This document shows positions 13,015-22,130 of a DNA stretch of 64,000 bases, in pieces; the stretch's first letter is position 1; every line of letters begins with the position of its first letter. The position numbers were made by a program, and so were the translations under genes. This DNA is from a virus (taxonomy: Duplodnaviria > Caudoviricetes). A model generated the notes under the pieces. That model was not told the origin of the DNA. It did no database searches and saw only the letters and a list, made by a program, of their open reading frames with translations. The stretch covers positions 13,102 to 77,101 of the IMG/VR virus record IMGVR_UViG_3300023070_000001; one strand, given 5' to 3'.

Positions 13015-15270
13015 CTAGGAAACTGCTGCCCATCTTGCGATGGAATCACCTGTTTGTGTACCAATAGTACCAGGTGCACTAGCTAATGTGGTAACTCCTG
13101 TATCTGCTGTAGCATACCTGAAGTTAGGAGCTGATAGTCCTGCATTCAGGATAGCAGATGATGAGCTTAGCGCACGAGAGAAGGTTGGTCCAGTAGTTCC
13201 ATTGAACCAGAACCTAATTTTATACCAGTTACCGGGAGTAGTTACCTGTGCAGCTACTAGTGGATGAGTCTTAAGTCCACCTGTCAGCCATCCGTTAGTA
13301 CCTGATCCAGATAGATCAGATGTAACAGCACTAGCTGCAAGCAATACTCCTGAATCATCATGAAGCGTAGCAAAGCACTGACCTGATGTCAAGGTAGCAC
13401 CAGGAGTAGTAATATGGAAATGCAGGTTGGTTACTAATGCACTCATGATACGTAAACGAATGACATAAGTAAGACCTGAAGTAACTACTAAACCATTACC
13501 CTGAACCATAGCAGGATCAAATGTCCATCCGCCATAGTTATGATCTGATGCTCTTACGTTAGCAGCATTAGCTACGGCCTGTAAAGCACTAATAGGCTTA
13601 GCTGAATCTGATGTGTTATCAACGTTGGCTAACCCTACCATAGACTTGGTAATACCTGCAACTGTTCCTGTAAATGTAGGGCTCGCAAGGTTAGCCTTTA
13701 AATCCAAAGCTGTTTGCTGCGCAGTAGATACAGGCTTTGCAGTATCAGCGGTATTATCTACGTTAGCTAGGCCAACCATAGATTTAGTAATTCCGCCTAC
13801 AGTACCAGTAAATGTAGGTGATGCAATATTAGCCTTTAGATTTAATGCTGTTTGCTGAGCTGTACTTACTGGCTTAGCTGTATCTGCTGTGTTATCAACA
13901 TTAGATAGGCCAATAGCTGTTTTATCAACAGTCACCCAAGTACCAGGAGTACCAGCTACAGAACACCTCCACAAGCGCCCCAGAGTGTCCAGGACGAGAT
14001 CATTTAATGTCCAGGTACCTGATGCAGGTGAGGTGTTGGTTGCTGTGTAGCCACAAAAACGTAGATTACCTAAACCATTCTTTGCGCCAATTCTAGCCTC
14101 ACCAGATCCAGCATCAATTACCTGCTCTTCACCGTATGCTGATGCACTGAAAGATGTCTTACCTACAAAGGTAGTTCCATCATTTCTCCAACGCTGGATA
14201 TTAGTTTGTGTTCCTGAGAACCCGGGGCCAGCGAAGGACCCAACAATGATGTCACCATTCATTTTATCAAAATCAACAGCACCACCTGATGAGCGCATAC
14301 GAATACCAGAGCTGTTATCGCCCTTGCGGACAGTAATAGTAGAATCTACAATCTCGCCACCAGCTTTATCGAGCTTAAGAGCTAAACCACTAGTTAATGC
14401 ACTTGTAGTTGCTAGGTTAGCAATATCAGCAGCTACTAAATAACTTCCTGCTGGCTGCAATCCATTAAGTGCTACCTGCAAACCTGTAACATCAGAGATT
14501 GCATGGCTGTGAGATACAGGAGCATACACTCCCGCATGGTTATGGTTAATAGGTGCATATAAAGTATCGTGGTTATGACCTAGTGGTGAATAAGTAGCGT
14601 CATGGTTATGATTAACTACTGCATAAACTCCATTATGGTTATGAATTAGTGGAGCATATACAGCATCATAATTATGAGTATGGTCACCAGCAGCTACCTG
14701 ATTAGATCCTACGCCTACAGGAAGTCGAGCTATTGCAATAGTACCAGATACAATAGCTGATGCTGCATGAGTATGACTAATCGGAGCATAGTTAACTAAT
14801 TCTCCAACTAAAGCATCAGCAACAGCATCCTCTACAACTGCACCAACAGATGCCTCTACGATTTCAGTAACATCATCCTCAGTAACAAAACCCATATGGG
14901 TGTGAGAATAAGCTGCATAAAGCCCTGACCCGCCTGAGGTTACTGGTAGTAGATCATTCATAAAGACCTCTCCACCAGGAGCGTTATATGGAATTACAGT
15001 CTGGAATACAGAGTAATCTCCACTAACCTTAGTCGATACAGTATAGCGCCACCCTACAGGAGTCCAGTCAGGGTCATTAGATGCCGGTAACTCTAATTCG
15101 AAGCTACCGTTTTCATCTAGAATAGCTGTCTTTGAACTAGGTACTACGGAAAATTCATCCTCTGAATAAAGAACGTATACCTTAGAAGTAAATGTGATAG
15201 AACCTGTCTCTGGCGTACCATCTAATTTCAGGTAGGTACCCTTGACAGTAATTATAGTTGGCAGCGCCAT
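13015..15270 (-). CDS. Tail-fibre-like protein with HxH and LANVDNTAD repeats
   Basis: Adapter-like N-terminus, H(N/S/T)H...YAP repeats, three VGL(A/S)NVDNT(A/S)D repeats. Confidence 0.75.
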   Translation of the reverse strand: MALPTIITVKGTYLKLDGTPETGSITFTSKVYVLYSEDEFSVVPSSKTAILDENGSFELELPASNDPDWTPVGWRYTVSTKVSGDYSVFQTVIPYNAPGGEVFMNDLLPVTSGGSGLYAAYSHTHMGFVTEDDVTEIVEASVGAVVEDAVADALVGELVNYAPISHTHAASAIVSGTIAIARLPVGVGSNQVAAGDHTHNYDAVYAPLIHNHNGVYAVVNHNHDATYSPLGHNHDTLYAPINHNHAGVYAPVSHSHAISDVTGLQVALNGLQPAGSYLVAADIANLATTSALTSGLALKLDKAGGEIVDSTITVRKGDNSSGIRMRSSGGAVDFDKMNGDIIVGSFAGPGFSGTQTNIQRWRNDGTTFVGKTSFSASAYGEEQVIDAGSGEARIGAKNGLGNLRFCGYTATNTSPASGTWTLNDLVLDTLGRLWRCSVAGTPGTWVTVDKTAIGLSNVDNTADTAKPVSTAQQTALNLKANIASPTFTGTVGGITKSMVGLANVDNTADTAKPVSTAQQTALDLKANLASPTFTGTVAGITKSMVGLANVDNTSDSAKPISALQAVANAANVRASDHNYGGWTFDPAMVQGNGLVVTSGLTYVIRLRIMSALVTNLHFHITTPGATLTSGQCFATLHDDSGVLLAASAVTSDLSGSGTNGWLTGGLKTHPLVAAQVTTPGNWYKIRFWFNGTTGPTFSRALSSSSAILNAGLSAPNFRYATADTGVTTLASAPGTIGTQTGDSIARWAAVS

Positions 15271-15287
15271 GAAAGATACCTCACAAT

Positions 15288-15335
15288 AAAAAGAGCGAAC
15301 CGATACGTCTATTACAATATCGGTTCGCTCTTTTT
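15288..15335. terminator. Bidirectional terminator containing CCGAT
   Basis: 17-bp inverted repeat AAAAAGAGCGAACCGAT. Confidence 0.8.
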
Positions 15336-15337
15336 AT

Positions 15338-15514
15338 TTAGTTCTTAAAGATATGGCTTTCACTATGGTCTCTAGATACTTCATGTATTTCATGATCATG
15401 GGTATGCCACTCTACTAGATATTCTATAGATTTAGAATTAGCTGAACTTGGCTTCATATAATGAGGTTTAGCAATCAAATGCTGTCTAAATTTAGCAAGC
15501 TCTTGTTCTGTCAT
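15338..15514 (-). CDS. 58-aa His-rich microprotein
   Basis: Hand-translated MTEQELAKFRQH...WHTHDHEIH; TAATG coupling to the HNH gene. Confidence 0.55.
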   Translation of the reverse strand: MTEQELAKFRQHLIAKPHYMKPSSANSKSIEYLVEWHTHDHEIHEVSRDHSESHIFKN

Positions 15515-15972
15515 TATGCTTTCCTCTTATAAACATCTGACCAGTCAGGAACCTTTGGTGCGAACATCAAGGGCATTCTAGCCTGATCAGGAGTTCTGTC
15601 AGCCTTCCTGTTATTACATGGAGAACATGCAGCAATAGTGTTCTTCCAACTATTGCCTCCACCTTGAGCCTTAGGCTTTACGTGGTCGATAGTAGTTGCT
15701 TTACCTGCACAGAATGCACAAGTGTAGTTATCCCTTTTCAGAACACCATTCTTACTCCATTTAGGTTGCCTTTGATACCTCCACTGCATCTTTTGGTATC
15801 TGACCAACCTAACTGCAACAGGGCGAAAAAAGTTCCCGATCAGCTCTTCAGTCTCTTCGATTACCTCCGCAACTTCACGAATAACCATTCTGATAGCGTG
15901 AGCTACAGATACGGTGTGAAGAACGGTAACACCATCTGTGTTATATACTGTTACACTTCCAGTTAACATCAC
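15514..15972 (-). CDS. HNH endonuclease
   Basis: RDNYTCAFC...TIDHVKPKAQGG...N...CSPCNNRK. Confidence 0.92.
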   Translation of the reverse strand: MMLTGSVTVYNTDGVTVLHTVSVAHAIRMVIREVAEVIEETEELIGNFFRPVAVRLVRYQKMQWRYQRQPKWSKNGVLKRDNYTCAFCAGKATTIDHVKPKAQGGGNSWKNTIAACSPCNNRKADRTPDQARMPLMFAPKVPDWSDVYKRKA

Positions 15973-16044
15973 CGCTCTCCCTTCGTTTAGTTGCGGTGTA
16001 ATTATAGGGAAAGCCTAGCAGATTCACTAGGCTCCCGTCAAGAC

Positions 16045-16356
16045 TTAAATCCTCGCTAGGTCTGCAAGGTACTCAGTACGGTCAGCACCCTGGGGGCGAA
16101 GTGAATAGATCGAGCTATCATTGATCCACTCACTAAAAGCACGCATAAGTTCCTGCTTGCTACCACGAATAAAGTCACTCTTTGACATTATATCTTCAAG
16201 AGGGCCAGTACATGAACAACCATTTTCAAATACCCAGTAATAGTAGCCAGTGTCAGCTTCCTTGAAGATAGTAAAGATATCCCACTCATAATCATAAGCT
16301 GCGGTCTGAAGAACCATCTCTAGTCCCCAGTCAGCATAATCAAAGTTGTAATCCAT
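16045..16356 (-). CDS. Hypothetical protein
   Basis: ORF track; ENGCSCTGPLE motif. Confidence 0.65.
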   Translation of the reverse strand: MDYNFDYADWGLEMVLQTAAYDYEWDIFTIFKEADTGYYYWVFENGCSCTGPLEDIMSKSDFIRGSKQELMRAFSEWINDSSIYSLRPQGADRTEYLADLARI

Positions 16357-16637
16357 TACAGTTTCCTTTCAATGTATACGCTCAGAGTTTCCTCTGCTGT
16401 TAAAAGTCCTCTATATTCCAATTCATACACAATAGCTGGAACTACCTGTACCCAGTAACCTTCAACGTGCGTACACCATGTTTCAGGTTCGCTACCTTGA
16501 GCTACTGTCCTTTCATATTCGGCTATATCCAGATACACCGATTGGGTGCCTTCCATGGCCAGAAGCCTATCAGAGGACACCCAATCAGTCAAGCTTAAAT
16601 CAGTGCTGGTGATCCATGAACCTGTGGCAAGAGTCAC
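16356..16637 (-). CDS. Hypothetical protein
   Basis: ORF track; TAATG coupling downstream. Confidence 0.55.
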   Translation of the reverse strand: MTLATGSWITSTDLSLTDWVSSDRLLAMEGTQSVYLDIAEYERTVAQGSEPETWCTHVEGYWVQVVPAIVYELEYRGLLTAEETLSVYIERKL

Positions 16638-17709
16638 AACGACCCTCAGCTACAAGAAGAGGAATCTCTCCACCTGCACGCATAAGGCTATCTACAATGT
16701 GAGGCTTTACATCTGCACTGTTAGCGGCCTGAGTTACAGCCTGCATAAGTGAGTACATAGTAAGAGTATCCTCATTAACCATTGTACTAGTGATACGGTT
16801 ACGCTCAGCCTGAGGAATCTTGAATGTATCAAATACGCCGCGAAGAGCCTCAACGGCAGTACCCTCAATACTCACATCAGTTAGAGACTGTACTGCATCA
16901 AATGAACCCTCAAGACCTGATAGCGCCTCATCAACTGCATCCTTAGCCCAATCAAATACTGCATCACCCTTACCAACAGCGCCACGACGAGACCAAACGC
17001 TATTACTAGCATTCATAGTATCGATAGCACCATTAGTACACCAGTAACGGAATAGGTAAGCATTGATTTCAGTCTGCTCATCACCGTTAAGTGAGTTCTT
17101 TAGCTGAAGACCTGCTGACCAGGTATCATTTTCTGTACCTGTATTCTGCATTACACGAATGTGCTCAGGAACGATAAGACGAAGGTGAGTCTGCTTAAGA
17201 TTATGAACAAACTTGTAATCTGCCCATACCTCACCGCTACCGTACTTCTTCTCAATAGCCTCAAGAGCAATCTCAAGGAAGCGAAGGTTTGAATAAGGTT
17301 GTAGAGCACCACGAGTAATAGCTGCTGCCTTACGATTACCTACAGCAAGGATCTTGAAGTCCTTACCAGTTAGCCCAGAATTGTACTGATGGTTAAGGGC
17401 ATCTTCAATGACTTCAGCAGGATAGTTCTGTACGAACCCCTTAGTCATGAATGCCTCACCAGCTAGACCATAAAGAGAGTCAGGAGTTAGCTGAAGCTCA
17501 GTACCACTGACAGTAACAAAACCCTCTAGAGGTGCATCTGCCTGGGTAGCCTTTAGCTCATGATTGAAACCCTCAGTTAGCTTGAAAGCAACCTGGTTTC
17601 CACCTACCTCAAAATCATAGGCACGAACAGGCTCAGTAGCGGCTAGGGTTTCACGAACAGTGTCAAGCGTAAGTAGCTTATCTTTTACGTCATCGATTAG
17701 GATGGTCAA
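16600..17709 (-). CDS. DUF932-like protein
   Basis: GLQLKNSLNG...AYLFRYWCTNG and TMYSLMQAVT motifs; TTG start after AAGGGAG. Confidence 0.7.
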   Translation of the reverse strand: MTILIDDVKDKLLTLDTVRETLAATEPVRAYDFEVGGNQVAFKLTEGFNHELKATQADAPLEGFVTVSGTELQLTPDSLYGLAGEAFMTKGFVQNYPAEVIEDALNHQYNSGLTGKDFKILAVGNRKAAAITRGALQPYSNLRFLEIALEAIEKKYGSGEVWADYKFVHNLKQTHLRLIVPEHIRVMQNTGTENDTWSAGLQLKNSLNGDEQTEINAYLFRYWCTNGAIDTMNASNSVWSRRGAVGKGDAVFDWAKDAVDEALSGLEGSFDAVQSLTDVSIEGTAVEALRGVFDTFKIPQAERNRITSTMVNEDTLTMYSLMQAVTQAANSADVKPHIVDSLMRAGGEIPLLVAEGRCDSCHRFMDHQH

Positions 17710-17780
17710 AATATCTCCCTTAAAGGATGGATGGGTTGGACTTTCGCCCTTGCCCATCCATCCTATCAGAATCAGTGCGG

Positions 17781-18866
17781 TCAGTCAACAGGTTCAGTGC
17801 CAGTAGCCTTCTTGGCACGATCATCAGCGAGGATCTTTACAGCAGCGTCAATAATTTTTTGACGCCATTCAGGATTCTCTGTAGCATGTTCAACTAGTTT
17901 AGCCATACCATTAAAGTTGTCTGCACCTAAAGAGTCATCTATTTTATACCAAGCACCTGACTTCAATACAAGTTTATTGTATTGAAGTACTTTAAGTGCG
18001 GCCCAAAGATTATCAAAGCCAATACCGTAACGAACGAGGGCTTTAGCTTCGCGCTGAGGCATAGATACTTTATTTTTAGTACAAATCATTTTTACTTCAG
18101 TAGCTACTGCAACATCAACCTCTTCACCGAAGACATTGACAACAGTTCCTTTCTCCTTACTGGTTCCAATAAACTCAGCCATCTGTGAGGAGTAATAAGT
18201 TAATTTCTCTCCACCTGGACGAGTTTTCTGAGGTGGGCCAAATCCTGGCATTCCGCCGATAGCGGAATGTACGTGGTTAATGAAAATAGCCGTAGTGTTA
18301 GTAGTTAGCAGAATTGAATTAAGAATCCCTAGGAATGGAGACATTAGTCTAGCTAGTGGAGCTACGGCAGGCTTACCTAGGTCATCCTCTACCTGGCTTG
18401 AGGGCATTGCTGCGGCTACAGAATCCCATACTAGTAGTCTAACCTTACCTGTTTTAATAAGGTCTCGTGTAAGGTTTGCGCCTGTCTCAAAATCCGTAGG
18501 ACGAAATAGACCAAAAGAAGGATCATGCACATCAAGACCTAGACTACGTGCATATGCCTCATCCAAAGCACATTCATAATCCATGTAAAGGATAATGTCA
18601 TCAGAGTCTTCTGCTAAAATATCCTTCTGAACGCCTGCTGCTGTCTGTAGAGCTGCGGTAGTCTTACCTGACTGAGACTTACCATAGAATTGAGCAATGC
18701 GACCTACAGCAACGCCACCACCTAAAATATCATCTAGGCCAATATTACCAGTTGGTAGGAAGTTTACATCAGCTACAAAGCCCTCAGTGTATTTCCCTGC
18801 ATATTTCTTACTAGCTTCTGCTAGAATATCTGCAATACTTGCTTTAGCTTTTTCCTTTGGTGGCAT
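17781..18866 (-). CDS. recA: RecA/UvsX-like recombinase
   Basis: PTGNIGLD..LGGG, GKSQSGKTT, VWDSVAA, IFINH, PGGEKLTYYSS, KNKV. Confidence 0.93.
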   Translation of the reverse strand: MPPKEKAKASIADILAEASKKYAGKYTEGFVADVNFLPTGNIGLDDILGGGVAVGRIAQFYGKSQSGKTTAALQTAAGVQKDILAEDSDDIILYMDYECALDEAYARSLGLDVHDPSFGLFRPTDFETGANLTRDLIKTGKVRLLVWDSVAAAMPSSQVEDDLGKPAVAPLARLMSPFLGILNSILLTTNTTAIFINHVHSAIGGMPGFGPPQKTRPGGEKLTYYSSQMAEFIGTSKEKGTVVNVFGEEVDVAVATEVKMICTKNKVSMPQREAKALVRYGIGFDNLWAALKVLQYNKLVLKSGAWYKIDDSLGADNFNGMAKLVEHATENPEWRQKIIDAAVKILADDRAKKATGTEPVD

Positions 18867-18869
18867 ATG

Positions 18870-18995
18870 CTATTCCGTCTCTTCTTTATTTGGGCACCAT
18901 TCTGGACAAGGTAAAATAATGATTTGTTTATTTGGTGCTGGGCATCTACACTGAGCTATTAAAGTACCATGCTTACATTCTTGCCTTTTATGCAT
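18870..18995 (-). CDS. 41-aa Cys-rich microprotein (CKHG...CRC...CPEWCP)
   Basis: Hand-translated; GAGGAG RBS. Confidence 0.6.
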   Translation of the reverse strand: MHKRQECKHGTLIAQCRCPAPNKQIIILPCPEWCPNKEETE

Positions 18996-19054
18996 ATTAC
19001 TCCTCAAATGTAATATTGACATTAGACCTGGTAAGCCAATAACGATCAGCTTTA

Positions 19055-19507
19055 CTACTCACGAATCTTCTCCAATAGTTTCTGCGCAGGTGGGTTCTTA
19101 GCGTAATCTCGGATCTTATCGATTCTATCAAACAAGTGCCCCGATGAGTCTCCAAGCTCTCCTAATAAACTATTGCAACGAGAGCAAATAAGCCCTCTGA
19201 TACATTTACCACAGATTGGAGTAGTCGGGCAGCAGGAGTGATCATGATCGACAGACAGCTTCTTACTAAGACCTCTATTACCTGTCCACGGACCACAAGT
19301 GTAGCACATTCCGCCCTGTGCTTCATAGAGAGCGTCATACTCCCCTGGTGCCAACTTGTAATCCTTGAGCATTCTGCTAGAGTGACTGTTAGCTCTTAAT
19401 AACTTCTTCCTAGCTCTAAAGCAGGTAACACAGCGAGGGCCAGGATGCGGCAACTTCCTAGTTGTAGAACCACAATCTTTACATGATTTTACTTTAGGTT
19501 GTGCCAT
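19055..19507 (-). CDS. Endonuclease VII-like protein with N-terminal Zn finger
   Basis: YEAQGGMCYTC, LSVDHDHSCC, IRGLICSRCN. Confidence 0.88.
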   Translation of the reverse strand: MAQPKVKSCKDCGSTTRKLPHPGPRCVTCFRARKKLLRANSHSSRMLKDYKLAPGEYDALYEAQGGMCYTCGPWTGNRGLSKKLSVDHDHSCCPTTPICGKCIRGLICSRCNSLLGELGDSSGHLFDRIDKIRDYAKNPPAQKLLEKIRE

Positions 19508-19563
19508 TATCCTGACCCTCAATCGTATTAGTCGCTATGAAGTTATCAGTATATCATATAATC

Positions 19564-20448
19564 CTAGAGACCGTTAAGTAGATCCTCTAGGTCTACAGCA
19601 TCCTGCTTATTACGAGGCTTCTCTTCTACCTTAGTAGCTGATGCCTTAGTGTCGTTATCTAGTAGGCCCTCAAGACCAGCATCTAGATTACGCTCAGCGC
19701 CTACTAGATTATCGCTATTAGTCTCACTTGCCTGGCCGTTAACTACACGCCAGCGAGCACGAATCTTATCTAGGTCATCCTCAAGGTATTCAACCTTCTT
19801 GACAACGCGACCTAGGAATGGCTCAAGGTCTTCAACCTTATTCTCTTCAATAATCTCATCAAAGAGATCCTGGTTCTCATCCTTCTTTACCATACTAGAA
19901 GGAATGATCTTGTACTTCTGGAATAGCTGGTTCTCACAAGGACCGAGAATAACATCGATCTTAGATAGATCCTTGTTAGGTGCCTCATCACGAAGGTCAG
20001 CAATTTCATTGAACTTCTTATCAGTGAATGCCCAAATCTTAACTGAACCCTGGAAGCTCTTAGTAGGCTTTGAAGTTCCGTTAGTTGCGTACTGGAAAAC
20101 GTGCATTGCGAAACGACGCTTAGGACGCTGGAACTGGTCAGGGTTAGTCTCTGCTGCCTTACATGCAGGGCAGTTCTTGGGGTCCATACCACGATCCTGA
20201 AGAATATCAGGCTTACCTAGGCAGATGGGATTTCCTACAAAATCAAATTCCATCTCTTCACCCTTAGGGCCTGACTTGTACTTAGGCATACCATTTACTA
20301 GAGTAGGCATACGTAGGTTGTGAACATAACCTACATCAGGTGCCTCGTAAATGTGAATACGAGCTGTCTCATCCTGGACTAGCTTTAGTCGGGGAAACTG
20401 CTCTGAACTTGCTGACTTGTTCTCTGAACTGAAGGACATCTTAGCCAT
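19564..20448 (-). CDS. Single-stranded DNA-binding protein (gp32-like)
   Basis: FPRLKL..DE.ARI, CPAC Zn site, acidic C-terminal tail DLEDLLNGL. Confidence 0.7.
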   Translation of the reverse strand: MAKMSFSSENKSASSEQFPRLKLVQDETARIHIYEAPDVGYVHNLRMPTLVNGMPKYKSGPKGEEMEFDFVGNPICLGKPDILQDRGMDPKNCPACKAAETNPDQFQRPKRRFAMHVFQYATNGTSKPTKSFQGSVKIWAFTDKKFNEIADLRDEAPNKDLSKIDVILGPCENQLFQKYKIIPSSMVKKDENQDLFDEIIEENKVEDLEPFLGRVVKKVEYLEDDLDKIRARWRVVNGQASETNSDNLVGAERNLDAGLEGLLDNDTKASATKVEEKPRNKQDAVDLEDLLNGL

Positions 20449-20531
20449 AAAATTAATCTCTTTTCTTCTCTTTGATTCGAGCGAACGCTTCTGGATCGCT
20501 ACATCTATTCTACCACAGTCTTGATCTTGGA

Positions 20532-21014
20532 TCAAGCTGAGAGAATATCTAGTCTCTTACGTAGATCCTGTCGTACCTTATCTAGCCCATAATAGTGTAG
20601 ACGAATGACCTCTACTGCTTCAAGAGCAAAGGCTTGAGTGTCCTCTACCTTGCGTAGCTCACGAGCACTGTTTAAGGTAGCTAGATTAGCCTCTGCGGCC
20701 TTTTCCTTACCTGTTGCATACTCACTGAAGGCTACACGCTTAGATGGCGCAGAAATTGCCCTATCCCACTGTTCTTGATGGTTCATCTTGAAAACAAATA
20801 CTTGCCTATCAAGTTTAGCCTTAGCCCTGATTGCCTTACTGAGTAACATTTCAATTCCTGTCAATGCACCTTGACACTTAATAAGTTCAGTATGAATTTC
20901 AGGAAACTCAGCGTCAGCATCTAGGGTACTAACTGACATACGAAGTTTGATAGTTTCATTGATCAGATTACCAAGTTCAGTATGTAATGTATTCTCTTCA
21001 CTCAATAGGATCAA
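20532..21014 (-). CDS. Helical protein, possible UvsY-like recombination mediator
   Basis: All-helical sequence next to SSB; function inferred. Confidence 0.45.
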   Translation of the reverse strand: MILLSEENTLHTELGNLINETIKLRMSVSTLDADAEFPEIHTELIKCQGALTGIEMLLSKAIRAKAKLDRQVFVFKMNHQEQWDRAISAPSKRVAFSEYATGKEKAAEANLATLNSARELRKVEDTQAFALEAVEVIRLHYYGLDKVRQDLRKRLDILSA

Positions 21015-21570
21015 TTCCTCTCATGAACATCATCAACCTGATATCTTCATGTAGCTCTTCTACTGTCTCATCATTATGAAGAATTACTGAAGCTAGATCA
21101 CGAATAGCAGTTGACTCTGATGCATGACCATCTGACTGTAATCCAGGTCGTTCGACCCAAGTAACTATTCCGCCATTGTTGCGAACAAAATCTACTTCGT
21201 TATCAAATCTGCAATCAGTAATAACATAACGAGATTCTTCATCAACAATGTCAGGAAACTTTGCAGCTATTAAGTCTACCCACACATTAGTACCGAAAAG
21301 CATTCTACCAACTTCAGTACCAAATACTTGCAGAAGTCTACGAACCTCAGGAACATTATTCTTAGCCCAATCCCATCCAGCATCGTCAATCAATTCTGAG
21401 AGTGGCAAAGTTCCGTACTGCCCGTAATGAGGAATCCAAGGATCAAGAACTAAAAGTGATTCACGTAGAGCATCAGCAAAAGCAATTCTAGTGAAACCGT
21501 ACTCATTAACAAGGACTTTAGCAGCAGTATCCTTACCTGAGCCCTTAAGGCCACTAAACGCTATCAACAT
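20998..21570 (-). CDS. Deoxynucleoside monophosphate kinase
   Basis: IAFSGLKGSGKDT, RRLLQVFGTE, VITDCRFDNE, HASE. Confidence 0.93.
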   Translation of the reverse strand: MLIAFSGLKGSGKDTAAKVLVNEYGFTRIAFADALRESLLVLDPWIPHYGQYGTLPLSELIDDAGWDWAKNNVPEVRRLLQVFGTEVGRMLFGTNVWVDLIAAKFPDIVDEESRYVITDCRFDNEVDFVRNNGGIVTWVERPGLQSDGHASESTAIRDLASVILHNDETVEELHEDIRLMMFMRGIDPIE

Positions 21571-21838
21571 GAGGCATCCTACTAATGAGGGAACTTAACT
21601 CTGCCATAAGTAAACGAGATGACTTCTCGCCCGTAAGGTTTTGACCTTCCATCTGCAATGTTACCAGGATTTCAGCTTGAGAGACAAGTAGTTGGTACTT
21701 CTGACCAACTGTCAGCTTATCTGCATCAAGGCCATTCTTGATAACAATTGCCTGAAGGTCTGACTCATCTAACTCAATATCAAACTTAAACCATTTATTC
21801 GATGCTACTTCAGCGCTTCCGCCTCTTAGAACTCTCAA
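21554..21838 (-). CDS. Hypothetical protein
   Basis: ORF track. Confidence 0.6.
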   Translation of the reverse strand: MRVLRGGSAEVASNKWFKFDIELDESDLQAIVIKNGLDADKLTVGQKYQLLVSQAEILVTLQMEGQNLTGEKSSRLLMAELSSLISRMPHVDSV

Positions 21839-22095
21839 TCTTCTTCCTCCAAAAGCATTTCATCATCTTCAAATTCGATGAATAGGTTTCCTGTAAAGTC
21901 TAAAATTCTGACTAAGCCTGTACGAACATCAACTTGCCAGTCGGGGAAGTCAATGGAGCATCCACATGATAAGTAAATTGTCTGAGCACCTTGAACTGAT
22001 CGCTCAGCAGTTAACGTATAATGAATGTTTTGATACCATCCACTGACTTCCCCATTACAATTATGACACTTAACTGAAAACTCATCGCTGCTCAT
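21835..22095 (-). CDS. Hypothetical Zn-binding protein (leaderless)
   Basis: CHNC...CGC; ATG 6 nt after the -10. Confidence 0.65.
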   Translation of the reverse strand: MSSDEFSVKCHNCNGEVSGWYQNIHYTLTAERSVQGAQTIYLSCGCSIDFPDWQVDVRTGLVRILDFTGNLFIEFEDDEMLLEEED

Positions 22096-22101
22096 CAGTC
22101 A

Positions 22102-22130
22102 AGTCTAGCAGTGTCTTACTTAGAATGCAA
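22102..22130 (-). promoter_or_regulatory. SigA-type promoter (leaderless)
   Basis: TTGCAT-N17-TAGACT-N6-ATG. Confidence 0.75.
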
